This document shows positions 49,311-64,000 of a stretch of 64,000 bases of DNA, one piece after another. A program made the position numbers and the translations under genes. Numbering within the stretch: position 1 is the first letter of the stretch; each line of letters opens with the position of its first letter. The notes beneath the pieces were generated by a model, which saw only the letters and a list, made by a program, of their open reading frames with translations, ran no database searches and was not told the origin of the DNA. The DNA comes from the human T2T-CHM13v2.0 reference genome, Homo sapiens. The stretch is taken from assembly GCF_009914755.1 (NCBI RefSeq), contig NC_060937.1; one strand, given 5' to 3'.

Positions 49311-52179
49311 ATCAAAGTACACGAAATATTTATTCTATAGTGTACATAAAATATCAAACTACCCAAACTATACATTATATACTGTACATAAAATATGAAT
49401 TTACATCAAATATATATTATATTATGTACATAAAATATGAAAGTACATCAAATATAGATTATATACTGTACATAAAATACCAAAGTACACCAAATATATA
49501 TTTTATACTGTACATGCAATATCAAAGTTCACAAACTATATATTATATACTGTACATAAAATATCAAAGTACCCAAGGTATATATTCTATACTGTGCAAA
49601 AAATATCAAAGTACCCAAAGCATGTATTATATAGTGTACATAAAATATGAAAGTACATCAAATATATATTTTATTCTGTACATAAAATATCAAAGTACAC
49701 TAAATATATATTCTATAGTGTACATAAAATATCAAAGTACCCAAACTATACATTATATACTGTACATAAAATATGAAATTACATCAAATATATATTATAT
49801 TAGGTACATAAAATATGAAAGTACATCAAATATAGATTATATACTGTACATAAAATACCAAAGTACCCCAAATACATATTATATACTGTACATGAAATAT
49901 CAAAGTTCACAAACTATATATTATATACTGTACATAAAATATCAAAGTACCCAAGGTATATATTCTATAATGTACATAAAATATCAAAGTACCCAAACTA
50001 TACATTATATACATTACATAAAATATGAAATTAAATCAAATATATATTATATTAGGTACATAAAATATGAAAGTACATCAAATATTAATTATATACTGTA
50101 CATAAAATACCAAAGAACCCCAAATATATATTATATACTGTACATGAAATATCAATGTTCACAAACTATATATTATATACTGTACATAAAATATCAAAGT
50201 ACTGAAGGTATATATTCTATACTCTACAAAAAATATCAAAGTACCCAAAGCATGTATTATATACTGTTCATAAAATATGAAAGTACATCAAATATATATT
50301 TAATTCTGTACATAAAATATCAAAGTACACCAAATATATATTCTATAGTGTACATAAAATATCAATGTAGCCAAACTATACATTATATACTGTACATAAA
50401 ATATGAAATTACATCAAATATATATTATATTATGTACATAAAATATGAAACTACATCAAATATAGATTATATACTGTACATAAAATATCAAAGTACCCCA
50501 AATACATATTATGTACTGTACATGAAATATCAAAGTTCACAAACTATATATTATATACTGTACATAAAATATCAAACTACCCAAGGTATATATTCTATAC
50601 TGTACAAAAAATATCAAAGTACCCAAAGCATGTATTATATACTGTACATAAAATATGAAAATACATCAAATAAATATTTTATTCTGTACATAAAATATCA
50701 AAGTACACCAAATATATATTCTACAGTGTACATAAAATATCAAAGTACCCAAACTATACATTATAAACTGTACATAAAATATGAAATTACATCAAATATA
50801 TACTATATTATGTATATAAAATATGAAAGTACATCAAATATAGATTATATACTGTACATAAAATACCAAAGTACCCCAAATAAATATTTTATACTGTACA
50901 TGCAATATCAAAGTTCACAAACTATATATTATATACTGTACATAAAATATCAAAGTACCGAAGGTATATATTCTATACTGTACAAAAAATATGAAAGTAC
51001 CCAAAGCATGTATTATATACTGTACATAAAATATGAAAGTACATCAAATATATATTTTATTCTGTACATAAAATATCAAAGTACACCAAATATATATTCT
51101 ATAGTGTACATAAAATATCAAAGTACCCAAACTATACATTATATACTGTACAGAAAATATGAAATTACATCAAATATATATTATATTAGGTACATAAAAT
51201 ATGAAAGTACATCAAATATAAATTATATACAGTACATAAAATACCAAAGTACCCCAAATATATATTATATACTGTACATGCAATATCAAAGTTCACAAAC
51301 TATATATCATATACTGTACATAAAATATCAAAGTACCCAAGGTATATATTCTATACTGTACAAAAAATATCAAAGTACGCAAAGCATGTATTATATACTG
51401 TACATAAAATATGAAAGTACATCAAATATATATTTTATTCTGTACATAAAATATCAAAGTACACCAAATATATATTCTATAGTGTACATAAAATATCAAA
51501 TTACCCAAACTATACATTATATACTGTACATAAAATATGAAATTACATCAAATATATATTATATTAGGTACATAAAATATGAAAGTACATCAAATATAGA
51601 TTATATACTGTACATAAAATATCAAAGTACCCCAAATATATATTATATACTGTACATGAAATATCAAAGTTCACAAACTATATATTATATACTGTACATA
51701 AAATATCAAAGTACCCAAGGTATATATTCTATACTGTACAAAAAATATCAAAGTACCCAAAGCATGTATTATATACTGTACATAAAATATGAAAGTACAT
51801 CAAATAAATATTTTATTCTGTACATAAAATATCAAAGTACACCAAATATATATTCTATAGTGTACATAAAATATCAAAGTACCCAAACTATACATTATAA
51901 ACTGTACATAAAATATGAAATTACATCAAATATATATTATATTATGTACATAAAATATGAAAGTACATCAAATATAGATTATATACTGTACATGAAATAC
52001 CAAAGTACCCCAAATAAATATTTTATACTGTACATGCAATATCAAAGTTCACAAACTATATATTATATACTGTACATAAAATATCAAAGTACCCAAGGTA
52101 TATATTCTATACTGTACAAAAAATATCAAAGTACCCAAAGCATGTATTATATACTGTACATAAAATAAGAAAGTACATC

Positions 52180-55100
52180 AAATATATATTTTATTCTGTA
52201 CATAAAATATCAAAGTACACCAAATATATATTCTATAGTGTACATAAAATAACAAAGTACCCAAACTATACATTATATACTGTACATAAAATATGAAATT
52301 ACATCAAATATATATTATATTAGGTACATAAAATATGAAAGTAGATCAAATATAAATTATATACAGTACATAAAATACCAAAGTTCCCCAAATATATATT
52401 ATATACTGTACATGCAATATCAAAGTTCACAAACTATATATCATATACTGTACATAAAATATCAAAGTACCGAAGGTATATATTCTATACTGTACAAAAA
52501 ATATCAAAGTACGCAAAGCATGTATTATATACTGTACATAAAATATGAAAGTACATCAAATATATATTTTATTCTGTACATAAAATATCAAAGTACACCA
52601 AATATATATTCTATAGTGTACATAAAATATCAAAGTACCCAAACTATACATTATATACTGTACATAAAATATGAAACTACATCAAATATATATTATAATA
52701 GGTACATAAAATATGAAAGTACATCAAATATTAATTATATACTGTACATAAAATACCAAAGAACACCAAATATATATTATATACTGTACATGAAATATCA
52801 AAGTTCACAAACTATATATTATATACTGTATATAAAATATCAAAGTACCCAAGGTATATATTCTGTACTGTATAAAAAATATCAAAGTACCCAAAGCATG
52901 TATTATATACTGTTCATAAAATATGAAAGTTCATCAAATATATATTTTATTCTGTACATAAAATATCAAAGTACACCAAATATATATTCTATAGTGTACA
53001 TAAAATATCAAAGTACCCAAACCATACATTATATACTGTACATAAAATATGAAATTACATCAAATATATATTATATTAGGTACATAAAATATGAAAGTAC
53101 ATCAAATATAGATTATATAGTGTACATAAAATACCAAAGTACCCAAATATACATTATATACTGTACATGAAATATCAAAGTTCACAAACTATATATTATA
53201 TACTGTACATAAAATATCAAGGTACCCAAGGTATATATTCTATACTCTACAAAAAATGTCAAAGTACCCAAAGCATGTATTATATACGGTACATAAAATA
53301 TGAAAGTACATCAAATATATATTTAATTCTGTACATAAAATATCAAAGAACACCAAATATATATTCTATATTGTACAAAAAATATCAAAGTACCCAAAGC
53401 ATGTATTATATACTGTACATAAAATATGAAATTACATCAAATATATATTTTATTCTGTACATAAAATATCAAAGTACACCAAATATATATTCTATAGTGT
53501 ACATAAAATATCAAAGTACCCAAACTATACATAATAATCTGTACATAAAATATGAAATTACATCAAATATATACTATATTATGTACATAAAATATGAAAG
53601 TACATCAAATATAGATTATATGCTGTACATAAAATACCAAAGTACCCCAAATACATATTTTATACTGTACATGCAATATCAAAGTTCACAAACTATATAT
53701 TATATACTGTACATAAAATATCAAAGTACCAAAAGTATATATTCTATACTGTACAAAAAATATCAAAGTACCCAAAGCAAGTAGTATATACTGTACATAA
53801 AATATGAAAGTACATCAAATATATATTTTATTCTGTACATAAAATATCAAAGTACACCAAATATATATTCTATAGTGTACATAAAATATCAAAGTACCCA
53901 AACTATACATTATATACTGTACATAAAATATGAAATTACATCAAATATATATTATAATAGGAACATAAAATATGAAAGTACATCAAATATAAATTATATA
54001 CTGTAAATAAAATACCATAGAACCCCAAATATATATTATATACTGCACATGAAATATCAAAGTTCACAAACTATATATTATATACTGTATATTAAATATC
54101 AAAGTACCCAAGGTATATATTCTATACTGTACAAAAAATATCAAAGTACCCAAAGCATGTATTATATACTGTTCATAAAATATGAAAGTACATCAAATAT
54201 ATATTTTATTCTGTACATAAAATATCAAAGTACACCAAATATATATTCTATAGTGTACATAAAGTATCAAATTACCCAAACTATACATTATATACTGTAC
54301 ATAATATATGAAATTACATCAAATATATATTATATTAGGTACATAAAATATGAAAGTACATCAAATATATATTATATACTCTACATAAAATACCAAAGTA
54401 CCCCAAATACGTATTATATACTGTACATGCAATATCAAAGTTCACACACTATATATTATATACTGTACATAAAATATCAAAGTACCGAAGCTATATATTC
54501 TATACTGTACAAAAAATATCAAAGTACCCAAAGCATGTATTATATACTGTACATAAAATTTGAAAGTACATCAAATATATATTTTATTCTGTACATAAAA
54601 TATCAAAGTACACCAAATATATATTCTATAGTGTACATAAAATATGAAATTACCCAAACTATACATTATATACTGTACATAAAATATGAAATTACATCAA
54701 ATATATATTATAATAGGTACATAAAATATGAAATTACATCAAATATAAATTATATACTGTACATAAAATACCAAAGAACCCCAAATATATATTATATACT
54801 GTACATGAAATATCAAAGTTCACAAACTATATATTATATACTGTATATAAAATATCAAAGTACCCAAGGTATATATTCTATACTGTACAAAAAATATCAA
54901 AGTACCCAAAGCATGTATTATATACTGTTTATAAAATATGAAAGTACATCAAATATATATTTTATTCTGTACATAAAATATCAAAGTACACCAAATATAT
55001 ATTCTATAGTGTACATAAAATAACAAAGTACCCAAACTATACATTATATACTGTACATAAAATATGAAATTACATCAAATATATATTATATTAGGTACAT

Positions 55101-57720
55101 AAAATATGAAAGTAGATCAAATATAAATTATATACAGTACATAAAATACCAAAGTTCCCCAAATATATATTATATACTGTACATGCAATATCAAAGTTCA
55201 CAAACTATATATCATATACTGTACATAAAATATCAAAGTACCGAAGGTATATATTCTATACTGTACAAAAAATATCAAAGTACGCAAAGCATGTATTATA
55301 TACTGTACATAAAATATGAAAGTACATCAAATATATATTTTATTCTGTACATAAAATATCAAAGTACACCAAATATATATTCTATAGTGTACATAAAATA
55401 TCAAAGTACCCAAACTATACATTATATACTGTACATAAAATATGAAACTACATCAAATATATATTATAATAGGTACATAAAATATGAAAGTACATCAAAT
55501 ATTAATTATATACTGTACATAAAATACCAAAGAACACCAAATATATATTATATACTGTACATGAAATATCAAAGTTCACAAACTATATATTATATACTGT
55601 ATATAAAATATCAAAGTACCCAAGGTATATATTCTGTACTGTATAAAAAATATCAAAGTACCCAAAGCATGTATTATATACTGTTCATAAAATATGAAAG
55701 TTCATCAAATATATATTTTATTCTGTACATAAAATATCAAAGTACACCAAATATATATTCTATAGTGTACATAAAATATCAAAGTACCCAAACCATACAT
55801 TATATACTGTACATAAAATATGAAATTACATCAAATATATATTATATTAGGTACATAAAATATGAAAGTACATCAAATATAGATTATATAGTGTACATAA
55901 AATACCAAAGTACCCAAATATACATTATATACTGTACATGAAATATCAAAGTTCACAAACTATATATTATATACTGTACATAAAATATCAAGGTACCCAA
56001 GGTATATATTCTATACTCTACAAAAAATGTCAAAGTACCCAAAGCATGTATTATATACGGTACATAAAATATGAAAGTACATCAAATATATATTTAATTC
56101 TGTACATAAAATATCAAAGAACACCAAATATATATTCTATATTGTACAAAAAATATCAAAGTACCCAAAGCATGTATTATATACTGTACATAAAATATGA
56201 AATTACATCAAATATATATTTTATTCTGTACATAAAATATCAAAGTACACCAAATATATATTCTATAGTGTACATAAAATATCAAAGTACCCAAACTATA
56301 CATAATAATCTGTACATAAAATATGAAATTACATCAAATATATACTATATTATGTACATAAAATATGAAAGTACATCAAATATAGATTATATGCTGTACA
56401 TAAAATACCAAAGTACCCCAAATACATATTTTATACTGTACATGCAATATCAAAGTTCACAAACTATATATTATATACTGTACATAAAATATCAAAGTAC
56501 CAAAAGTATATATTCTATACTGTACAAAAAATATCAAAGTACCCAAAGCAAGTAGTATATACTGTACATAAAATATGAAAGTACATCAAATATATATTTT
56601 ATTCTGTACATAAAATATCAAAGTACACCAAATATATATTCTATAGTGTACATAAAATATCAAAGTACCCAAACTATACATTATATACTGTACATAAAAT
56701 ATGAAATTACATCAAATATATATTATAATAGGAACATAAAATATGAAAGTACATCAAATATAAATTATATACTGTAAATAAAATACCATAGAACCCCAAA
56801 TATATATTATATACTGCACATGAAATATCAAAGTTCACAAACTATATATTATATACTGTATATTAAATATCAAAGTACCCAAGGTATATATTCTATACTG
56901 TACAAAAAATATCAAAGTACCCAAAGCATGTATTATATACTGTTCATAAAATATGAAAGTACATCAAATATATATTTTATTCTGTACATAAAATATCAAA
57001 GTACACCAAATATATATTCTATAGTGTACATAAAGTATCAAATTACCCAAACTATACATTATATACTGTACATAATATATGAAATTACATCAAATATATA
57101 TTATATTAGGTACATAAAATATGAAAGTACATCAAATATATATTATATACTCTACATAAAATACCAAAGTACCACAAATACGTATTATATACTGTACATG
57201 CAATATCAAAGTTCACACACTATATATTATATACTGTACATAAAATATCAAAGTACCGAAGCTATATATTCTATACTGTACAAAAAATATCAAAGTACCC
57301 AAAGCATGTATTATATACTGTACATAAAATTTGAAAGTACATCAAATATATATTTTATTCTGTACATAAAATATCAAAGTACACCAAATATATATTCTAT
57401 AGTGTACATAAAATATGAAATTACCCAAACTATACATTATATACTGTACATAAAATATGAAATTACATCAAATATATATTATAATAGGTACATAAAATAT
57501 GAAATTACATCAAATATAAATTATATACTGTACATAAAATACCAAAGAACCCCAAATATATATTATATACTGTACATGAAATATCAAAGTTCACAAACTA
57601 TATATTATATACTGTATATAAAATATCAAAGTACCCAAGGTATATATTCTATACTGTACAAAAAATATCAAAGTACCCAAAGCATGTATTATATACTGTT
57701 TATAAAATATGAAAGTACAT
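52180..57720 (+). repeat. Near-perfect tandem duplication of 2771 bp (66 monomers minus 1 bp)
   Basis: Identical ORF translations at 52412/55183 and 53167/55938, and matching starts at 54049/56820. Private variant aacaaagtac at 52251/55022. Confidence 0.9.
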
Positions 57721-60700
57721 CAAATATATATTTTATTCTGTACATAAAATATCAAATTACACCAAATATATATTCTATAGTGTACATTAAATATCAAACT
57801 ACCCAAACTATACATTATATACTGTACATAAAATATGAAATTACATCAAATATATATTATATTAGGTACATAAAATATGAAAGAACATCAAATATATATT
57901 ATATACTGTACATAAAATACCAAAGTACCCCAAATATACATTATATACTGTACATGAAATATCAAAGTTCACAAACTATATATTATATACTGTACATAAA
58001 ATATCAAAGTACCAAAGGTATATATTCTATACTCTACAAAAAATATCAAAGTACCCAAAGCATGTATTATATACTGTACATAAAATATGAAAGTACATCA
58101 AATATATATTTTATTCTGTACATAAAATATCAAAGTACACCAAATATATATTCTATAGTGTACATAAAATATCAAAGTACCCAAACTGTACACTACATAC
58201 TGTACATAAAATATGAAATTACATCAAATATATATTATATTAGGTACATAAAATATGAAAGTACATCAAATATATATTATATACTGTACATAAAATACCA
58301 AAGTACCCCAAATACATACTATATACTGTACATGAAATATCAAAGTTCACAAACTATATATTATATACTGTACATAAAATATCAAAGTATCAAAGGTGTA
58401 TATTCTATACTGTACAAAAAATATCAAAGTACCCAAAGCATGTATTATATACTGTACATAAAATATGAAAGTACATCAAATATATATTTTATTTTGTACA
58501 TAAAATATCAAAGTACACCAAATATATATTCTACAGTTTACATAAAATATCAAAGTACCCAAACTATACATTATATACTGTACATAAAACATGAAATTAC
58601 ATCAAATATATATTATATTAGGTACATAAAATATGAAAGTACATCAAATATAAATTATATACTGTACATAAAATACCAAAGTACCCCAAATATATATTAT
58701 ATACTGTACATGCAATATCAAAGTTCACAAACTATATATTATATACTGTACATAAAATATCAAAGTACCGAAGGTATATATTCTATACTCTACAAAAAAT
58801 ATCAAAGTACGCAAAGCATGTATTATATACTGTACATAAAATATGAATGTACATCAAATATATATTACATTAGGTACATAAAATATGAAAGTATATCAAA
58901 TATAAATTATATACTGTACATAAAATACCAAAGAACCCCAAATATATACTATATACTGTACATGAAATATCAAAGTTCACAAACTATATATTATATACTG
59001 TACATAAAATGTCAAAGTACTGAAGGTATATATTCTATACTGTACAAAAAATATCAAAGTACCCAAAGCAAGTATTATATACTGTACATAAAATATGAAA
59101 GTACATCAAATATGTATTTTATTCTGTACACAAAATATCAAAGTACACCAAATATATATTCTATAGTGTACATAAAATATCAAAGTACCCAAACTATACA
59201 TTATATACTGTACATAAAATATGAAATTACATCAAATATATATTATATTAGGTACATAAAATATGAAAGTACATCAAATATAGATTATATACTGTACATA
59301 AAATACCAAAGTACCCCAAATACATATTATATACTGTACATGAAATATCAAAGTTCACAAACTATATATTATATACTGTACATAAAATATCAAAGTACCG
59401 AAGGTATATATTCTATACTGTACAAAAAATATCAAAGTACCCAAAGCAAGTATTATATACTGTACATAAAATATGAAAGTACATCAAATATATATTTTAT
59501 TCTGTACATAAAATATCAAAGTACACCAAATATATATTCTATAGTGTACATAAAATATGAAATTACCCAAACTATACATTATATACTGTACATAAAATAT
59601 GAAATTACATCAAATATGTATTATATTAGGTACATAAAATATGAAAGTACATCAAATATATATTATATACTGTACATAAAATACCAAAGTACCCCAAATA
59701 TACATTATATACTGTACATGAAATATCAAAGTTCACAAACTATATATTATATACTGTACATAAAATATCAAAGTACCAAAGATATATATTCTATACTCTA
59801 CAAAAAATATCAAAGTACCCAAAGCATGTATTATATACTGTACATAAAATATGAAAGTACATCAAATATATATTTTATTCTGTACATAAAATATCAAAGT
59901 ACACCAAATATATATTCTATAGTGTACATAAAATATCAAAGTACCCAAACGGTACACTACATACTGTACATAAAATATGAAATTACATCAAATATATATT
60001 ATATTAGGTACATAAAATATGAAAGTACATCAAATATACATTATATACTGTACATAAAATACCAAAGTACCCCGAATATATATTATATACTGTACATGAA
60101 ATATCAAAGTTCACAAACTATATATTATATACTGTACATGAAATATCAAAGAACCCAAGGTATATATTCTATACTGTACAAAAAATATCAAAGTACGCAA
60201 AACATGTATTATATAGTGTTCATAAAATATGAAAGTACATCAAATATATATTTTATAATCTACATAAAATATCAAACTACACCAAATATATATTCTATAG
60301 TGTACATAAAATATCAAAGTACCCAAACTATACATTATATACTGTACATAAAATATGAAATTACATCAAATATATATTACGTTAGGTACATAAAATATGA
60401 AAGTACATCAAATATAGATTATATACTCTACATAAAATATCAAAGTACCACAAATATACATTATATAGTGTACATGAAATATCAAAGCTCACAAACTATA
60501 TATTATATACTGTACATAAAATATGAAATTACCCAATGTATATATTCTATATTGTACAAAAAATATCAAAGTACCCAAAGCATGTATTATATACTGTACA
60601 TAAAATATGAAAGTACATCAAATATATATTTTATTCTGTACATAAAATATCAAAGTACACCAAATATATATTCTATAGTGTACATAAAATATCAAAGTAC

Positions 60701-63700
60701 CCAAACTATACATAATAATCTGTACATAAAATATGAAATTACATCAAATATATACTATATTATGTACATAAAATATGAAAGTAGATCAAATATAGATTAT
60801 ATACCGTACATAAAATACCAAAGTACCCCAAATACATATTTTATACTGTACATGCAATATCAAAGTTCACAAACTATATATAATATACTGTACATAAAAT
60901 ATCAAAGTACCGAAAGTATATATTCTATACTGTACGAAAAATATTAAAGTACCCAAAGCATGTATTATATACTGTACATAAAATATGAAAGTACATCAAA
61001 TATATATTTTATTCTGTACATAAAATATCAAAGTACACCAAATATATATTCTATAGTGTACATAAAATATCAAAGTACCCAAACTATACATTATATACTG
61101 TACATAAAATATGAAATTACATCAAATATATATTATATTAGGTACATAAAATATGAAAGTACATCAAATATATATTTTATTCTGTACATAAAATATCAAA
61201 GTACACCAAATATATATTCTATAGTGTACATAAAATATCAAAGTACCCAAACTATACATTATATACTGTACATAAAATATGAAATTACATCAAATATATA
61301 TTATATTAGGAAAATAAAATATGAAAGTATATGAAATATATATTATATACTGTACGTAAAATACCAAAGTACCCCAAATACATATTATATACTGTACATG
61401 AAATATCAAAGTTCACAAACTATATATTATATACTGTACATAAAATATCAAAGTACCCATGGTACATATTCTATACTGTACAAAAAATATCAAAGTACCC
61501 AAAGCAAGTATTATGTACTGTACATAAAATATGAAAGTACATCAAATATATATTTTATTCTGTACATAAAATATCAAAGTACACCAAATATATATTCTAT
61601 AGTTTACATAAAATATCAAAGTACCCAAACTATACATTATATACTGTACATAAAATATGAAATTACATCAAATATATATTATATTAGGTACATAAAATAT
61701 GAAAGTACATCAAATATAAATTTTATACTGCACATAAAATGCCAAAGTACCCCAAATATATATTATATACTGTACATGCAATATCAAAGTTCACAAACTA
61801 TATATTATATACTGTACATAAAATATCAAAGTACCGAAGGTATATATTCTATACTGTACAAAAAATATCAAAGTACGCAAAGCATGTATTATATACTGTA
61901 CATAAAATATGAAAGTACGTCAAATATATATTACATTAGGTACATAAAATATGAAAGTATATCAAATATAAATTATATACTGTACATAAAATACCAAAGA
62001 ACCCCAAATATATACTATATACTGTACATGAAATATCAAAGTTCACAAACTATATATTATATACTGTACATAAAATGTCAAAGTACCCAAGGTATATATT
62101 CTATACTGTACAAAAAATATCAAAGTACCCAAAGCAAGTATTATATACTGTACATAAAATATGAAAGTACATCAAATATGTATTTTATTCTGTACACAAA
62201 ATATCAAAGTACACCAAATATATATTCTATAGTGTACATAAAATATCAAAGTACCCAAACTATACATTATATACTGTACATAAAATATGAAATTACATCA
62301 AATATATATTATATTAGGTACATAAAATATGAAAGTACATCAAATATAGATTATATACTGTACATAAAATACCAAAGTACCCCAAATACATATTATATAC
62401 TGTACATGCAATATCAAATTTCACAATCTATATATTATATACTGTACATAAAATATCAAAGTACCGAAGGTATATATTCTATACTGTACAAAAAATATCA
62501 AAGTACCCAAAGCAAGTATTATATACTGTACATAAAATATGAAAGTACATCAAATATATATTTTATTCTGTACATAAAATATCAAAGTACACCAAATATA
62601 TATTCTATAGTTTACATAAAATATCAAAGTACCCAAACTATACATTATATACTGTACATAAAATATGAAATTACATCAAATATATATTATATTAGGTACA
62701 TAAAATATGAAAGTAAATCAAATATAAATTATATACTGTACATAAAATACCAAAGTACCCCAAATATATATTATATACTGTACATGCAATATCAAAGTTC
62801 ACAAACTATATATTATATACTGTACATAAAATATCAAAGTACCGAAGGTATATATTCTATACTCTACAAAAAATATCAAAGTACGCAAAGCATGTATTAT
62901 ATACTGTACATAAAATATGAATGTACATCAAATATATATTTTATTCTGTACATAAAATATCAAAGTACACCAAATATATATTCTATAGTGTACATAAAAT
63001 ATCAAAGTACCCAAACTATACATTATATACTGTACAAAAAATATGAAATTACATCAAATATATATTATATTAGGTACATAAAATATGAAAGTACATCAAA
63101 TATAGATTATATACTGTACATAAAATACCAAAGAACCCCAAATATATATTATATACTGTACATGAAATATCAAAGTTCACAAACTATATATTATATACTG
63201 TACATAAAATATCAAAGTACCCAAGGTATATATTCTATACTGTACAAAAAATATCAAAGTACCCAAAGCATGTATTATATACTGTTAATAAAATATGAAA
63301 ATACATCAAATATATATTTTATTCTGTACATAAAATATCAAAGTACAACAAATATATATTCTATAGTGTACATAAAATATCAAATTACCCAAACTATACA
63401 TTATCTACTGCACATAAAATACGAAATTACATCAAATATATATTATATTAGGTACATAAAATATGAAAGTACATCAAATATAAATTATATACTGTACATA
63501 ACATATCAAAGTACCCCGAATATATATTATATACTGTACATGAAATATCAAAGTTCACAAACTATATATTATATACTGTACATGAAATATCAAAGAACCC
63601 AAGGTATATATTCTATACTGTACAAAAAATATCAAAGTACGCAAAACATGTATTATATAGTGTTCATAAAATATGAAAGTACATCAAATATATATTTTAT

Positions 63701-64000
63701 AATCTACATAAAATATCAAACTACACCAAATATATATTCTATAGTGTACATAAAATATCAAAGTACCCAAACTATACATTATATACTGTACATAAAATAT
63801 GAAATTACATCAAATATATATTACATTAGGTACATAAAATATGAAAGTACATCAAATATAGATTATATACTCTACATAAAATATCAAAGTACCACAAATA
63901 TACATTATATAGTGTACATGAAATATCAAAGCTCACAAACTATATATTATATACTGTACATAAAATATGAAATTACCCAATGTATATATTCTATATTGTA

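Larger units (their letters stand above)
1..64000 (+). repeat. Human Satellite 1A (HSat1A / SAR) array, 42-bp monomer, about 1520 monomers, continuing beyond both window edges
   Basis: Continuous 42-bp period across the window. Alternating 17-bp and 25-bp GTAC (RsaI)-bounded subunits are the classical Satellite I description. Very AT-rich, with the 378-bp 9-mer periodicity known for HSat1A. Chromosome cannot be assigned from the sequence alone. Confidence 0.95.
40151..64000 (+). repeat. Right 378-bp 9-mer HOR domain (about 63 units)
   Basis: A monomers at 40191, 40569, 40947, 41325, 41702 (1-bp deletion near 41410), 42080 and onward. Diagnostic sites agcatgtatt, tattctatac and ctatagtgtac are present and the 14-mer marker set is essentially absent. 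Confidence 0.93.

Noticed and set aside
56820-60947. Long ORFs (1375 aa here, 1010 aa at 49136-52168, and an open frame from ~61400 to the end) resembling Tyr/Ile/Lys-rich repeat proteins
   Set aside because: 42 bp equals 14 codons and the consensus has no stop in one frame, so ORF length only reflects the distance between random stops or indels. Stops and frameshifts are freely copied in duplications and there is no non-repetitive domain.
1-64000. CRISPR-like pattern of a constant ~20-bp segment alternating with variable segments
   Set aside because: The variable parts are homologous to each other and cycle with period 9 or 14. There are no unique spacers, leader or cas genes.
1-64000. TATA-like boxes, occasional AATAAA, CATAAAA homeodomain-like sites and TGTACA palindromes
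   Set aside because: These are expected in AT-rich satellite and nothing singles out any copy as a functional promoter, poly(A) site or terminator.
1-64000. Alpha satellite, HSat1B, HSat2/3, or AT-rich protist or organelle DNA
   Set aside because: There is no 171-bp period or CENP-B box, no Alu-derived segment or ~2.4-kb unit, and no CATTC repeats. The 17+25 bp structure and 378-bp period fit HSat1A.

Overview
The whole 64 kb is one uninterrupted, single-orientation, very AT-rich tandem satellite of 42-bp monomers, each a 17-bp part (ACATAAAATATCAAAGT) plus a 25-bp part (e.g. ACCCAAACTATACATTATATACTGT) bounded by GTAC. This matches human classical Satellite 1A (HSat1A/SAR), recognised from memory rather than by a search. 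I see no genes, RNA genes, mobile elements or CRISPR arrays. The ORFs are by-products of a 42-bp (14-codon) period with one stop-free frame. There are three domains: a 378-bp 9-monomer higher-order repeat (HOR) at ~1-1030, a derived 587-bp 14-monomer HOR of about 66 units at ~1034-40150, and the 378-bp 9-mer again at ~40150-64000. Monomers are labelled A-I by their frame translation: A=MKYQSSQTIYYILY, B=IKYQSTQGIYSILY, C=KKYQSTQSMYYILY, D=IKYESTSNIYFILY, E=IKYQSTPNIYSIVY, F=IKYQSTQTIHYILY, G=IKYEITSNIYYIRY, H=IKYESTSNIDYILY, I=IKYQSTPNIYYILY. The 9-mer is ABCDEFGHI. The 14-mer is AFG'HI + A'B'C'DE'F'GHI', where I' is 41 bp. Shared private variants reveal further 1.6-6.7 kb duplications. The most speculative point is that a + strand transcript would carry hundreds of perfect Pumilio elements (UGUACAUA). 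All spacings were counted by hand and breakpoints are approximate.
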